Assembly (NCBI GenBank): GCA_965226495.1
Contig: OZ245365.1
Span: forward strand, 1,248,001-1,312,000
Length of the DNA: 64,000 nucleotides
Direction: 5' to 3'
From: Candidatus Marinacidobacterales bacterium
GTDB taxonomy: Bacteria; Acidobacteriota; Vicinamibacteria; Marinacidobacterales; DATDRI01
Each line of letters starts with the position of its first letter. Position 1 is the stretch's first letter. The position numbers and the translations under genes are program-made. The notes below the pieces were generated by a model that was not told the DNA's origin, made no database searches, and worked only from the letters and a program-made list of their open reading frames with translations. This document shows, one piece after another, positions 44,925 through 53,770 of this stretch.

Positions 44925-46607
44925 ATGTCCGGCAATGAGGAGCTTGCACTCGGCGACATCCTCGATGGCAAGTACATCATCGAGGAGCTCATCGGTCGGG
45001 GAGGTATGGGCGCTGTTTATCGTGCCCGGCACGTGGAGCTCGGTTCGCCGCGAGCCATCAAGATCATGCGCCGAGAGCTCGCCCAAGACGCTTCCTTCGT
45101 CCGGCGCTTTCGGAACGAGCCGCTCCTTGCCGAGGGAGTGCGACACCCGAACGTCGTGTCGGTCTACGACTTTTCTACTCTTGACGACGGCACCTCCTAC
45201 ATCGTCTGGGAGTACGTCGAGGGAAACACACTAGCGCAGCTTCTCACCAAGGGAAACGTCTTCACCAGTTCCGAAGTAGTGAATTTCGTCGAACAGGTGG
45301 CCGACGGACTGTCGGCAGTGCACGAAAAGGGCATCCTTCATCGAGACGTGTCGCCGGACAACATCATGATCTGCACCGATGCTAGAGGTAGCAGCAACGT
45401 CAAGCTTCTCGACTTCGGAGTGGCCAAAGGCGGAGGGATCCCTGGAGAAACTCCAGCCGATGCCAGCATGTTATTTGGCAAGATCGGCTATGCCTCCCCG
45501 GAGCAGATGGGTCTTCTCCAAGACGACGAGCTCCTCGACGGTCGTACCGACGTCTTCTCACTTGCCGCCGTCGCATATACGATGCTCACGGGTGAATCGC
45601 CGTTTCGCACCGCGAGTTTGCAAGTCTTCGTCCACGATCTGATCATCGCTCCAGAGTCAGAGATCAAGGCCCGTTATCTCGAGAGTTTGCCCGAACCCTG
45701 GCGGGCGCCGCTCTCACGAGCCTTGGCCCGCGACCGTGAGGCGCGACCAGCGACCACCAACGCGTTCGCCGAGGAGATAAAGAAGGCGGCGAAGGCAATG
45801 GGCTCGGAGGGGAGTAGCATCCAGCAACCGGAAGCGGGAGCACCGCGATGGCGGGGTGTGCTCTTCGCGTCGGCCGTTGCCGCAGCCATAGTCGCGATTG
45901 CGGTCGCGGTGACGACGACGACGCGCGACGTGATCCGAACTCCTGTGAAGATCGGTGAGCCTTCCGCAAAGGGGCGACAGGCTTTTCCTGACGAGACTGT
46001 TGGTCTCGCGGAGCCAGCCATCGCCGAGTTGCCACAGAGGGAAGAGGTTGCGACCGAACTCGCTCCGGAGCCTTCGCGTTCGGTTGTCGCGCCGATCGAG
46101 ACAGAGCCCTCCCGGGAAAGAGAGGACGCGCAAGCCGGCCCGGTGCAAATCGCTGTACCAATGGAGGACGAGAGAAACCGGGTAGAAGAAGCTGGAGTGG
46201 ACTCCACTCCCGGCGAGCCGCCCGCCGCGGAGCCGAAGCATCCCAACCCGATCGATGACAAGATGGCCGAGGGCCCGAGCGAGCGTCCTCAACCCCCCGC
46301 TCCGGCACCGCCGGGGCCGCAACCGAAGACGGCGACAACCGTGATACAGCCACGGCTTGTATTCCAGAAGGAGCCGGTCTACACAGACATGGCGAAGAGG
46401 CTCAGAATCCAGGGCGACGTCATCTTGAAGGCCATGATCACTTCACAGGGGAACGTCACGGATATCGAGGTCGTCCGTTCCCTTCCTCACCTGGATGGGG
46501 CGGCGATCGAGGCGGCTCGCCAATGGAAGTACGAGCCCGCCCTGAGGGACGGCGTCGCCGTGCCGTACAAGATGGATCTGAAGGTAACGTTCCGCTTCAC
46601 GCCCTGA
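44925..46607 (+). CDS. Ser/Thr kinase - TM - Pro/Glu-rich linker - TonB C-terminal domain fusion
   Basis: IGRGGMGAVY, AIK, HRDVSPDN, DFG and YASPEQ. One TM (VLFASAVAAAIVAIAVAV), a Pro-rich linker, then EPVYTDMAKRLRIQGDVIL...G.V.DIEVV...AAIEAARQWKYEPA. Confidence 0.92.
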   Translation: MSGNEELALGDILDGKYIIEELIGRGGMGAVYRARHVELGSPRAIKIMRRELAQDASFVRRFRNEPLLAEGVRHPNVVSVYDFSTLDDGTSYIVWEYVEGNTLAQLLTKGNVFTSSEVVNFVEQVADGLSAVHEKGILHRDVSPDNIMICTDARGSSNVKLLDFGVAKGGGIPGETPADASMLFGKIGYASPEQMGLLQDDELLDGRTDVFSLAAVAYTMLTGESPFRTASLQVFVHDLIIAPESEIKARYLESLPEPWRAPLSRALARDREARPATTNAFAEEIKKAAKAMGSEGSSIQQPEAGAPRWRGVLFASAVAAAIVAIAVAVTTTTRDVIRTPVKIGEPSAKGRQAFPDETVGLAEPAIAELPQREEVATELAPEPSRSVVAPIETEPSREREDAQAGPVQIAVPMEDERNRVEEAGVDSTPGEPPAAEPKHPNPIDDKMAEGPSERPQPPAPAPPGPQPKTATTVIQPRLVFQKEPVYTDMAKRLRIQGDVILKAMITSQGNVTDIEVVRSLPHLDGAAIEAARQWKYEPALRDGVAVPYKMDLKVTFRFTP

Positions 46608-46628
46608 CATCCTCTTTACCAAGAATAC

Positions 46629-46659
46629 CTCGAGAATCGAAACCCGTTCGGAGTTCGAA
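46629..46659. promoter_or_regulatory. Tandem upstream activator palindromes for P3
   Basis: CTCG agaat CGAA acccg TTCG gagtt CGAA, 53 bp from P3. Confidence 0.8.
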
Positions 46660-46712
46660 ACGCATTTGTCCCACGAGCATTCCGAAGAGCCTTCTTTTTC
46701 GGCCTTTTCGAT

Positions 46713-46727
46713 TGGCATCGAACTTGC
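46713..46727 (+). promoter_or_regulatory. sigma54 promoter P3 (drives small membrane protein)
   Basis: TGGCAT-CGAAC-TTGC. Confidence 0.85.
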
Positions 46728-46742
46728 TCTTCGAGTCGATCC

Positions 46743-47015
46743 ATGAACGCACAGAACGTCTCCGTTGAAGTCACACGTCCCCGAGACCGACGTGGATTCT
46801 TGAACGCGAGGATGGTCCGAGGGCTTTCGTTCTTCACGGCGAGCATGTGCATTCTAGTTGCGGTGGTGGCGAGCCTTCTCGCCATATGGAAGTTCACAGG
46901 AACGGACGTGCTTTGGCGGACGGTAGCGACCTGCGCGGTGGTCGCGGGTGGCGCCATGACGTTTTCGTGGATTAATATTATCTTCGGGGATAATCCAACC
47001 GCCGATCCTTCCTAA
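46743..47015 (+). CDS. Small two-TM membrane protein of unknown function
   Basis: 90 aa with two hydrophobic segments separated by WKFTGTDVLWR. Lies directly after P3. Confidence 0.65.
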   Translation: MNAQNVSVEVTRPRDRRGFLNARMVRGLSFFTASMCILVAVVASLLAIWKFTGTDVLWRTVATCAVVAGGAMTFSWINIIFGDNPTADPS

Positions 47016-47022
47016 CTTAGGT

Positions 47023-47053
47023 TTCGAAAATCGGAAACCGTTCGGAACTCGAA
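47023..47053. promoter_or_regulatory. Tandem upstream activator palindromes for P4
   Basis: TTCG aaaat CGGA aaccg TTCG gaact CGAA, 54 bp from P4. Confidence 0.8.
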
Positions 47054-47107
47054 ACGCGTTTCTGTCCGCTAGATGGGCTAACCGCCCTCTTTCTCAGCTT
47101 TCTAGAG

Positions 47108-47122
47108 TGGCATCGAACTTGC
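47108..47122 (+). promoter_or_regulatory. sigma54 promoter P4 (drives TRAP-T operon)
   Basis: TGGCAT-CGAAC-TTGC, identical to P3. Confidence 0.85.
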
Positions 47123-47169
47123 TAACTCGAGTCGTAGCCGCCCGCACAAGGCTGCAAAGGAGGGTTCCA

Positions 47170-48222
47170 ATGGCTTACGTGTTTCATTGCCGATCACTCC
47201 GCATCCTTTTGGTCTCCCTAGTTCTCATGGTCGCTGCCACCGGCTGCTCCATGAAGAAGTACGCGATCAACAAGGTCGGTGACAGTCTCGCTTCCGGCGG
47301 CTCGGTTTACGAGAGCGACGACGACCTCGAGCTGGTTGGTGACGCGTTCCCGTTCTCACTCAAGCTGGTGGAGAGCCTGCTGGCGGAGTCGCCGCGTCAT
47401 CGGGGATTGCTGCTCGCCGCTTCCAAAGGGTTTACATCCTACTCCTACATCTTCGTGCATGGCGAAGCCGATGTCGTCGCCGTGGAGGATCTAGCCAGGG
47501 CCACGGAGCTTCGCGCGCGGGCCCGAAATCTTTATCTACGAGCTTATCGCTACGGAATTCGTGGCCTCGAGCTTTCCTACCCGGGTATCGGTTTCGCACT
47601 CACGTCGGATCCCGAACTGCCGCCGGAGCCCTTCGTCGCGCGCGCGATGCGGGACCTTGAGCTTTCGGAGCTAGAAATCGATCAACTCCCTATTTTCCTC
47701 GATCCCGAACAGGCGGTCTCTCGCATCACCGATAAGAAGAACGTGCCCCTGCTCTATTGGACGGGGGCGGCGCTGGGGTTGGCGATCTCTGTCTCCCGCA
47801 ACGATCCCGCGATGCTTGCGCGCTTGCCTGAGGTCGACGCCCTCGTCGGACAGGCGATGCGGCTAGACGAGAGTTGGGACGAGGGAGCGCTCCACGAGTT
47901 CGAAGTGATCTTCGCACGCGCTAGGCCCGGGGCGTTGGATTTCGAAGGGATGGACGTCCACTTCCGCCGCGCCCTCGAGCTATCGAACGGGGCGCGCGCG
48001 GGCCTTTTCGTTTCTTACGCGGAGGCCGTGGCCATACCCAACCAGGATCGCTCTCAGTTCGAGACGCTTCTCGAAAGCGCATTCGCTATCGATCCCGACA
48101 AGCACAAGGACAATCGCTTAGTAAACCTCGTCGCTCAGCGACGAGCGCGCTGGCTGCTATCAAGGGTCGACGATCTGATTCTTCCCGTCGAATCGATGGG
48201 GTCGGAAGGAGAGAGCCAATGA
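47170..48222 (+). CDS. tatT: TRAP transporter TatT component lipoprotein
   Basis: AAGGAGG RBS, lipobox ATGC, DDLELVGDAFPFSLKLVESLL, RARNLYLRA, VPLLYW and NLVAQRRARWLL. Adjacent to dctP and dctQM. Confidence 0.88.
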   Translation: MAYVFHCRSLRILLVSLVLMVAATGCSMKKYAINKVGDSLASGGSVYESDDDLELVGDAFPFSLKLVESLLAESPRHRGLLLAASKGFTSYSYIFVHGEADVVAVEDLARATELRARARNLYLRAYRYGIRGLELSYPGIGFALTSDPELPPEPFVARAMRDLELSELEIDQLPIFLDPEQAVSRITDKKNVPLLYWTGAALGLAISVSRNDPAMLARLPEVDALVGQAMRLDESWDEGALHEFEVIFARARPGALDFEGMDVHFRRALELSNGARAGLFVSYAEAVAIPNQDRSQFETLLESAFAIDPDKHKDNRLVNLVAQRRARWLLSRVDDLILPVESMGSEGESQ

Positions 48223-49283
48223 GGTACTCCATGTATGCGGTTCGAGCACTGGTTTGTCTAGTCCTACTTGGGTCGGCCCGGCCGGCTCTTTCCCAAAAAA
48301 TACGTATCAATTTGGGGACGGTGGCACCCGAGGGATCGATCTGGCACGAGATCCTTCTCGACGTGCGCCAGCAATGGGAGCAAATCTCCGGAGGCGAAGT
48401 CACGCTCCGTATCTATCCTAGCGGCATTCAGGGTGACGAAAGCGAGATGCTTCGAAAGGTTCGTATCGGCCAGCTCCACGCGGTCGCACTTTCTGGTGCG
48501 GGGCTTTCTCGCATCGACTCGAGTGTCTCTTGCCTTCAGGTCCCAATGCTCATCGAAACCTACGAAGAGCTCGACTACGTGGTCGAACGAGTGACGCCCA
48601 CGCTGGAAACGAAGCTTGCCGAGAAAGGCTTCGTCGTTTTGCATTGGGGCGACGTTGGGTGGGTGCACTTTTTCACCAAGAAGCCGGCGAGGACGCTCGA
48701 CGACATCCGTGAGATGAAGCTCTTCACCTCTGCCGGTGATCCGGAGACAGAGAAGCTCTACAAGGAGTTCGGCTTCCGACCGATTCCGCTCGCCCTGACC
48801 GATCTTCTCCCAGCGCTGCAAACCGGCATGATCGACGCAATAGACGTGCCTCCGCTGTTCGCGCTGCTCCAGCAGACGTTCGCTCTTGCGAGCCACATGA
48901 CGCCGGTGAAATGGGCTCCGCTGACCGCGGCGACCGTGATAAGCGAGAGGGCGTGGCAGGGAATACCGGCCGCGTGGCGTGAAGAGATGATCCTGGCTGC
49001 GCGCGCCGCCGCCGAGAAACGGCGCGACGAGATTCGGCGAATGGGTGAACGTGCCATCGACGAGATGCAAAGGAGGGGTTTGAAGGTCGTCGAGCTCGAT
49101 GAGGCGGCGCTCGTTTCCTGGCATCGGGAAGCCGAGCAGGCTTATCCCCGTCTCCGCGGAACGATGGTTCCGGAAGACCTCTTCGACCAAGTGACGCGCC
49201 TCAGCAGTGAGTTCAAAAAACGGCGGGGGACGGCCGATCAGGTCAACGGAGTGGAACGCGATCCGGCGCGTACGCGGCCATGA
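48219..49283 (+). CDS. dctP: TRAP substrate-binding protein DctP (TatP-type)
   Basis: LGTVAPEGSIW, GIQGDESEMLRKVRIGQL, WGDVGWVHFF and ALQTGMIDA. Confidence 0.92.
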   Translation: MRYSMYAVRALVCLVLLGSARPALSQKIRINLGTVAPEGSIWHEILLDVRQQWEQISGGEVTLRIYPSGIQGDESEMLRKVRIGQLHAVALSGAGLSRIDSSVSCLQVPMLIETYEELDYVVERVTPTLETKLAEKGFVVLHWGDVGWVHFFTKKPARTLDDIREMKLFTSAGDPETEKLYKEFGFRPIPLALTDLLPALQTGMIDAIDVPPLFALLQQTFALASHMTPVKWAPLTAATVISERAWQGIPAAWREEMILAARAAAEKRRDEIRRMGERAIDEMQRRGLKVVELDEAALVSWHREAEQAYPRLRGTMVPEDLFDQVTRLSSEFKKRRGTADQVNGVERDPARTRP

Positions 49284-51127
49284 GTGGTGTGCAAGCTACC
49301 GTAGTCCCTATCTGCGGGGAAACGACGTTACCGAAAGTACGCGCTTTCCGAATCGAAGACTCTCTATCGATCGGCGTACTGGCTCTGATGGTATTGATTC
49401 CCCTCATTGAGGTGGCGGGTCGTGAGCTCGCGGGGAGAGGTTTGCCGGGAGCCATCCCGATTGTCCAGCATCTGACGCTTTGGATTGCGTTTCTAGGAGC
49501 GGGGCTTGCGGCCCGCTCCGATCGGCTCCTCGCTCTTTCGACGGCGGACGTCCTCCCCCAACGCTGGCGCCGGCCGGTTCGGATCTTTACTTCGGCGGTC
49601 GGTGTCGCGGTGTCGGCGTCTCTTCTCTTGGCAAGCCTCGATCTCATTCGGGTCGAGCTGGCGGCGGGTGAGAGGGTAGCGTTCGGAGTACCGGTATGGT
49701 TCGCACTCGCCGTCATGCCCATCGGCTTCGCCTTGATCGCGGGCCGATTGATCTGGCACGCGTCCGATCGTGCATGGGGAAGAGTCCTGGTCGCGTCGGG
49801 GCTCTTGGTTCCCGCCGTCCTCGGGCAGTTTGCGGGTCTACAGGACGCGGGGCTGCTCGGTCCCGGAGTCTTGCTTCTACTCGTCGCGACGGCCCTGGGG
49901 CTTCCTATCTTTGCGGTTCTCGGAGGCGCGGCACTGCTCTTGTTTTGGACATCGGGAATTCCTGTGGCTGCGGTCCCGGTCGAGACCTATCGTTTGACCG
50001 CGCAGCCCATGTTGCCTGCGATTCCTCTATTTACGCTCGCGGGCTACTTACTCGCGGAGGGAGGTGCGAGTCGCCGGCTGCTTCGCAGTTTTACCGCCAT
50101 CGTCGGTTGGATGCCGGGAGGCCTCGCCATCGTGACCACTTTGGTTCTCGCATTCTTCACGCCTCTCACCGGTGCATCGGGGGTCACCATTCTTTCGATG
50201 GGAGGTCTCCTGCTGCCGATGCTAGTGAAGGCCCGGTATCCGGAGAAATCCTCGGTGGGTTTGGTTACGGTTTCTGGATCGATTGGTCTCCTCTTTGCAC
50301 CGAGTCTGCCCGTCATCCTATACGGCGTTTACTCGAATACGCCGATCGACGAGCTATTCATCGGTGGGTTGATGCCCGGGCTGTTGCTCGTGGTGCTGAT
50401 TGCTGGATGGGGTGCGAGCCGCGGCTTCCTTGCCGGGGCCCAACGGAGCTCCTTCGATAAACGCGAAGCTCTCGCGGCCCTGTGGGAGGCAAAGTGGGAG
50501 TTCCTTCTTCCTGTCGTCATCCTCGTGGGCATCTTCGGTGGGTTCGCTACGATTGTAGAAGCAGCCGCCCTTACCGTGCTCTACGCCTTCGTTGTGGAGT
50601 GCGTCGTCTACAAAGACATCCGGATCGGGCGCGATCTCGCTTCGATAGCCGTAGAGAGCGCTACCCTCGTTGGCGGGTTCCTCATCATTCTGGGTACGGC
50701 ACTCGGCTTCACCAACTATCTGATTCACGCCGAAGTACCGATCCGCGCGCTCCATTGGGTACAGACTTACATCGAATCACCGCTCGTCTTCTTGTTGACG
50801 CTCAACGTGTTTCTGCTCATCGTCGGAGCGCTGATGGACATCTATTCGGCGATCTTCGTTATTGTTCCGCTCATCGCTCCGATGGGGATCGCTTACGGCA
50901 TTCACCCGGTGCATCTCGGTATCGTCTTCCTCGCCAACATGGAGCTGGGCTACTTGATGCCGCCCATGGGAGAGAACCTGTTTCTTTCCTCTTATCGGTT
51001 CAAGCAGTCGCTCACTCGGGTCTATCTATCTACAGGCCCGTATGTTCTCATTTTGCTGGCGGCGGTCTTGCTGATTACTTATGTTCCCGCTTTCACCTTG
51101 TGGCCGCTCGAGCTGCTCGGACGGTGA
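49280..51127 (+). CDS. dctM: TRAP transporter fused DctQ-DctM permease
   Basis: N-terminal 4-TM DctQ part, then AIPLFTLAG, TGASGVTI, GSIGLLFAPSLP and ELGYLMPPMG.NLF. Confidence 0.92.
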   Translation: MSGVQATVVPICGETTLPKVRAFRIEDSLSIGVLALMVLIPLIEVAGRELAGRGLPGAIPIVQHLTLWIAFLGAGLAARSDRLLALSTADVLPQRWRRPVRIFTSAVGVAVSASLLLASLDLIRVELAAGERVAFGVPVWFALAVMPIGFALIAGRLIWHASDRAWGRVLVASGLLVPAVLGQFAGLQDAGLLGPGVLLLLVATALGLPIFAVLGGAALLLFWTSGIPVAAVPVETYRLTAQPMLPAIPLFTLAGYLLAEGGASRRLLRSFTAIVGWMPGGLAIVTTLVLAFFTPLTGASGVTILSMGGLLLPMLVKARYPEKSSVGLVTVSGSIGLLFAPSLPVILYGVYSNTPIDELFIGGLMPGLLLVVLIAGWGASRGFLAGAQRSSFDKREALAALWEAKWEFLLPVVILVGIFGGFATIVEAAALTVLYAFVVECVVYKDIRIGRDLASIAVESATLVGGFLIILGTALGFTNYLIHAEVPIRALHWVQTYIESPLVFLLTLNVFLLIVGALMDIYSAIFVIVPLIAPMGIAYGIHPVHLGIVFLANMELGYLMPPMGENLFLSSYRFKQSLTRVYLSTGPYVLILLAAVLLITYVPAFTLWPLELLGR

Positions 51128-51222
51128 GCGAGGTCTCTTGCCCGCCATACGCGCCGCCCGCATGCCGGTGGCGACGGCGCTTCGAGAGCTCTAGTCGCGC
51201 AAACGAAAGGGGCAGACCCCCC

Positions 51223-51735
51223 TCAGGGTCCGTTCCAAGGAGTCGTTCTCGGAATCCATCGCGGCACGTGCTGCTTGTAGCTCTCGTAGTCTTCACCGAA
51301 CCTTCGAACCAGACCAGGTTCTTCCGAAACGATGAAATAGACGTAATTAATGATGAAAAAGACGACCGCGAGCTCGGCGATGGCGAGAGAGCCCAGAAAA
51401 ACGGCTTCCCCGAGAAGAATCGTGATGACGCCGGTGATCATGGGGTTTCTTACGAATCGATAGGGTCCCTCGACTACGAGCTTCTGTGTCGGATCCCGGG
51501 GGGCCAACGTGCCCTCTCCGACGACCGCGAAAAGCCGCACCGTCTTCACAAGGAGCCACAACCCAGTTCCGATCAGCAGAACTCCCACTCCACGCGACGC
51601 GAAATAAATTGGTACCGAGAAGGGCCAGCGAGTATCGATCTCGTCCAGGAATACGACGATGAGACTCGGCACCACCACGAGGACCATGAAAGGCAGAGCC
51701 AGGACGGAGGCAAGAACTCGCAGATGGGGGACCAA
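51223..51735 (-). CDS. Isoprenylcysteine carboxylmethyltransferase/PEMT family membrane protein
   Basis: GEGTLAP, LVVEGPYRFVRNPM and EEPGL..RFGEDY..Y...VPRWIP. Confidence 0.88.
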   Translation of the reverse strand: MVPHLRVLASVLALPFMVLVVVPSLIVVFLDEIDTRWPFSVPIYFASRGVGVLLIGTGLWLLVKTVRLFAVVGEGTLAPRDPTQKLVVEGPYRFVRNPMITGVITILLGEAVFLGSLAIAELAVVFFIINYVYFIVSEEPGLVRRFGEDYESYKQHVPRWIPRTTPWNGP

Positions 51736-51736
51736 T

Positions 51737-53560
51737 CTATGTCGTGGGCTTCTGGTTGTACCAGAACACCAAAATGAACTCGAAGACGTCGTCCGGGTAG
51801 TCGTCCGGTAAAGCAGCGAGAGCCGCCTGACGAAGAGCCCGCGCCGCCGCTTCGTCTAGTGTCGAGTTATTGGAGCCCTTCTTGACTCGAACCTCAAGGA
51901 TCTGTCCGCGGCGGTTGATCGAAGCTTCGACCGAGGCGTGGCCTACAGTGTGCGTATCCGAACCGGGAACCTTCCACCGCCGTTGCACTTCTGTGACCAT
52001 TTGGTGGACCCAGGGTTGGAGGTCGGCCCCCTTAGCATCGTAGTAGATGCTGTTGGACAGACGAACCGCTGGCCCGTAGGCGTTGAGATCTGTAAGGAAC
52101 GCCTTCGCCATCTGGCGTTCCGCGGCCGCCGTCGCGACGGTCACGACGCGCTCACCGATTTCCCGCGCTTCGTCCACGCGGTTCAATCGCAACAAGAGCT
52201 CACCAGTGTTGACTAAATAGATCACGTTCTGCGGTTCGAGCTCCACCGATCGTTGAGCGATACCGATAGCCTCTTCCAAATTTTCCCCTCGACGCACGTA
52301 CTCGTACGCGAGCTGGCCGTACCCCGGTCCAAATAAGGGATTGATGTCGATGGCCCGCTTCAAGGAGCTTTCGGCTCTTGCCCACGCGTCCGTATCTTCT
52401 ACGTTCTCCGTTGCGAGTACAGCGTAGTAGTAATGAGAAATATAGCTCCCGGTACCCAACGCCACTGCGTCCTCGAACCAGCGTTTGGCGAGCTCCCGTT
52501 TGTCGCGCCGGAACTCCAAATAACCCATGCTCTCATGCGCCAGGGCATTTTTCGGATCCAGCCGCAGGGCCTCTTCCAGAAGGGCTTGGGCTTCATACGG
52601 GCGGTTGCTGGCCACCAAGAAGCTTCCCCGCACCGCAGCAGAATCCGCTGGTGAAAGCTCTCTCGCGGAGTATGCCTTGTCGTCGATCTCTGCCGGGGCA
52701 TCCATTCGAGGGCCCCGCCCCATCTTGCTCGAGCTCACGTAACCCTCGAGTTTTTCTTGGAGCTCGTCGAGATCGCCGAAGGATCGTCTAGCCGCCTCGA
52801 CCGAATCCACGTCTGCCTGCACCAGTCGTAGGTACGCGGACAAGGCGGGCCTGGTCCTCGCGTTCTCGTCGCCGAGCAAGAGATAGTGGATGAGTGCCCC
52901 TGATTGCGCGTAGAAGATGGAGACCCTATCGGGATCGGTGTCGTGTGGGTTCTCCTTCATCCCGATGAGCTCCTCGAGCGGCAGCATTCTGTTGCGTTCG
53001 AAGATCTTTCGGCCGATGGGGATGCCCATATCGACGGTCTTGCCCTGAATCCGCGTGCGTTCCCAGACCTCGGCCAATCCTTCGTTCATCCACATCGGGA
53101 TTTTCTCCTCGTTCAAACTCGCGAGGAGATGAAAGTATTCGTGGTAGATCAGTCGGTAGCGTTCGTTGGCTCGTCCATCCAACCGAAGCACGACGAAGTG
53201 TTTATCGAAGCCTCTTTGGAAGACTCCAGCCGGCCGCTGGCCTTTCCGTTCCCAGTATTGGGGAAGGAGTTCTTTCAGTCCATCCTGGTCTTTGGTGGCA
53301 AGGACAACGATGGGGGAACCATCGTCCCTGGCTTTGGGAAGGGCAGTCAGGAAGACGGCACGAATCCGCTCGAGGTCGCCCGCGGTGCGGCGAGCCATTT
53401 TTTCGCCGGCGTTGCTGACAACGGTGAAGTGAGGGCTACGGACCTCGATCCAGGTATCTTGTTTGTCGGCTGCCCCGCCCGAGGGGTCGGGGACCGACAG
53501 TTCCAGCGTTACGGTCGCGAGGAGTGAGAAAAATAGCGCTCTCGCGGGGGTGGCTATCAT
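51737..53560 (-). CDS. Exported zincin-like (DUF1570-like, HEYFH) + TPR + TonB/TolA C-terminal domain protein
   Basis: WIEVRSPHF, IYHEYFH, WMNEGLAE, FYAQS.ALIHYL and TPRs. C-terminus VQRRWKVP...INRRGQI...GSNNSTLDEAAARAL. Confidence 0.8.
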   Translation of the reverse strand: MIATPARALFFSLLATVTLELSVPDPSGGAADKQDTWIEVRSPHFTVVSNAGEKMARRTAGDLERIRAVFLTALPKARDDGSPIVVLATKDQDGLKELLPQYWERKGQRPAGVFQRGFDKHFVVLRLDGRANERYRLIYHEYFHLLASLNEEKIPMWMNEGLAEVWERTRIQGKTVDMGIPIGRKIFERNRMLPLEELIGMKENPHDTDPDRVSIFYAQSGALIHYLLLGDENARTRPALSAYLRLVQADVDSVEAARRSFGDLDELQEKLEGYVSSSKMGRGPRMDAPAEIDDKAYSARELSPADSAAVRGSFLVASNRPYEAQALLEEALRLDPKNALAHESMGYLEFRRDKRELAKRWFEDAVALGTGSYISHYYYAVLATENVEDTDAWARAESSLKRAIDINPLFGPGYGQLAYEYVRRGENLEEAIGIAQRSVELEPQNVIYLVNTGELLLRLNRVDEAREIGERVVTVATAAAERQMAKAFLTDLNAYGPAVRLSNSIYYDAKGADLQPWVHQMVTEVQRRWKVPGSDTHTVGHASVEASINRRGQILEVRVKKGSNNSTLDEAAARALRQAALAALPDDYPDDVFEFILVFWYNQKPTT

Positions 53561-53770
53561 GAGATTAATGCTCCTACCCGCTTTCCCCTGGGGGAGGGGA
53601 GAATAAGACCGTCTTTATACCCCTCCGCCCTCTCGGTTGTCAAGAAGCCGGGCCCGTCAAGTGATAGAGGGTGTCGATGTGAGATGCTGCCTAGTTCAGC
53701 TGACAGGTCCTTCGCAGAAACCGTGGCGATCGCTTTGACGAACTCTGCCCCGCCCGGGTAGTCTAGTATC

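Noticed and set aside
47107-47169. Extended N-termini from the ORF track (47107 for tatT, and also 42405, 5184, 20811 and 29421)
   Set aside because: The 47107 start lies inside the sigma54 promoter. For the others, downstream ATGs fit better with RBS, signal peptide or domain start.
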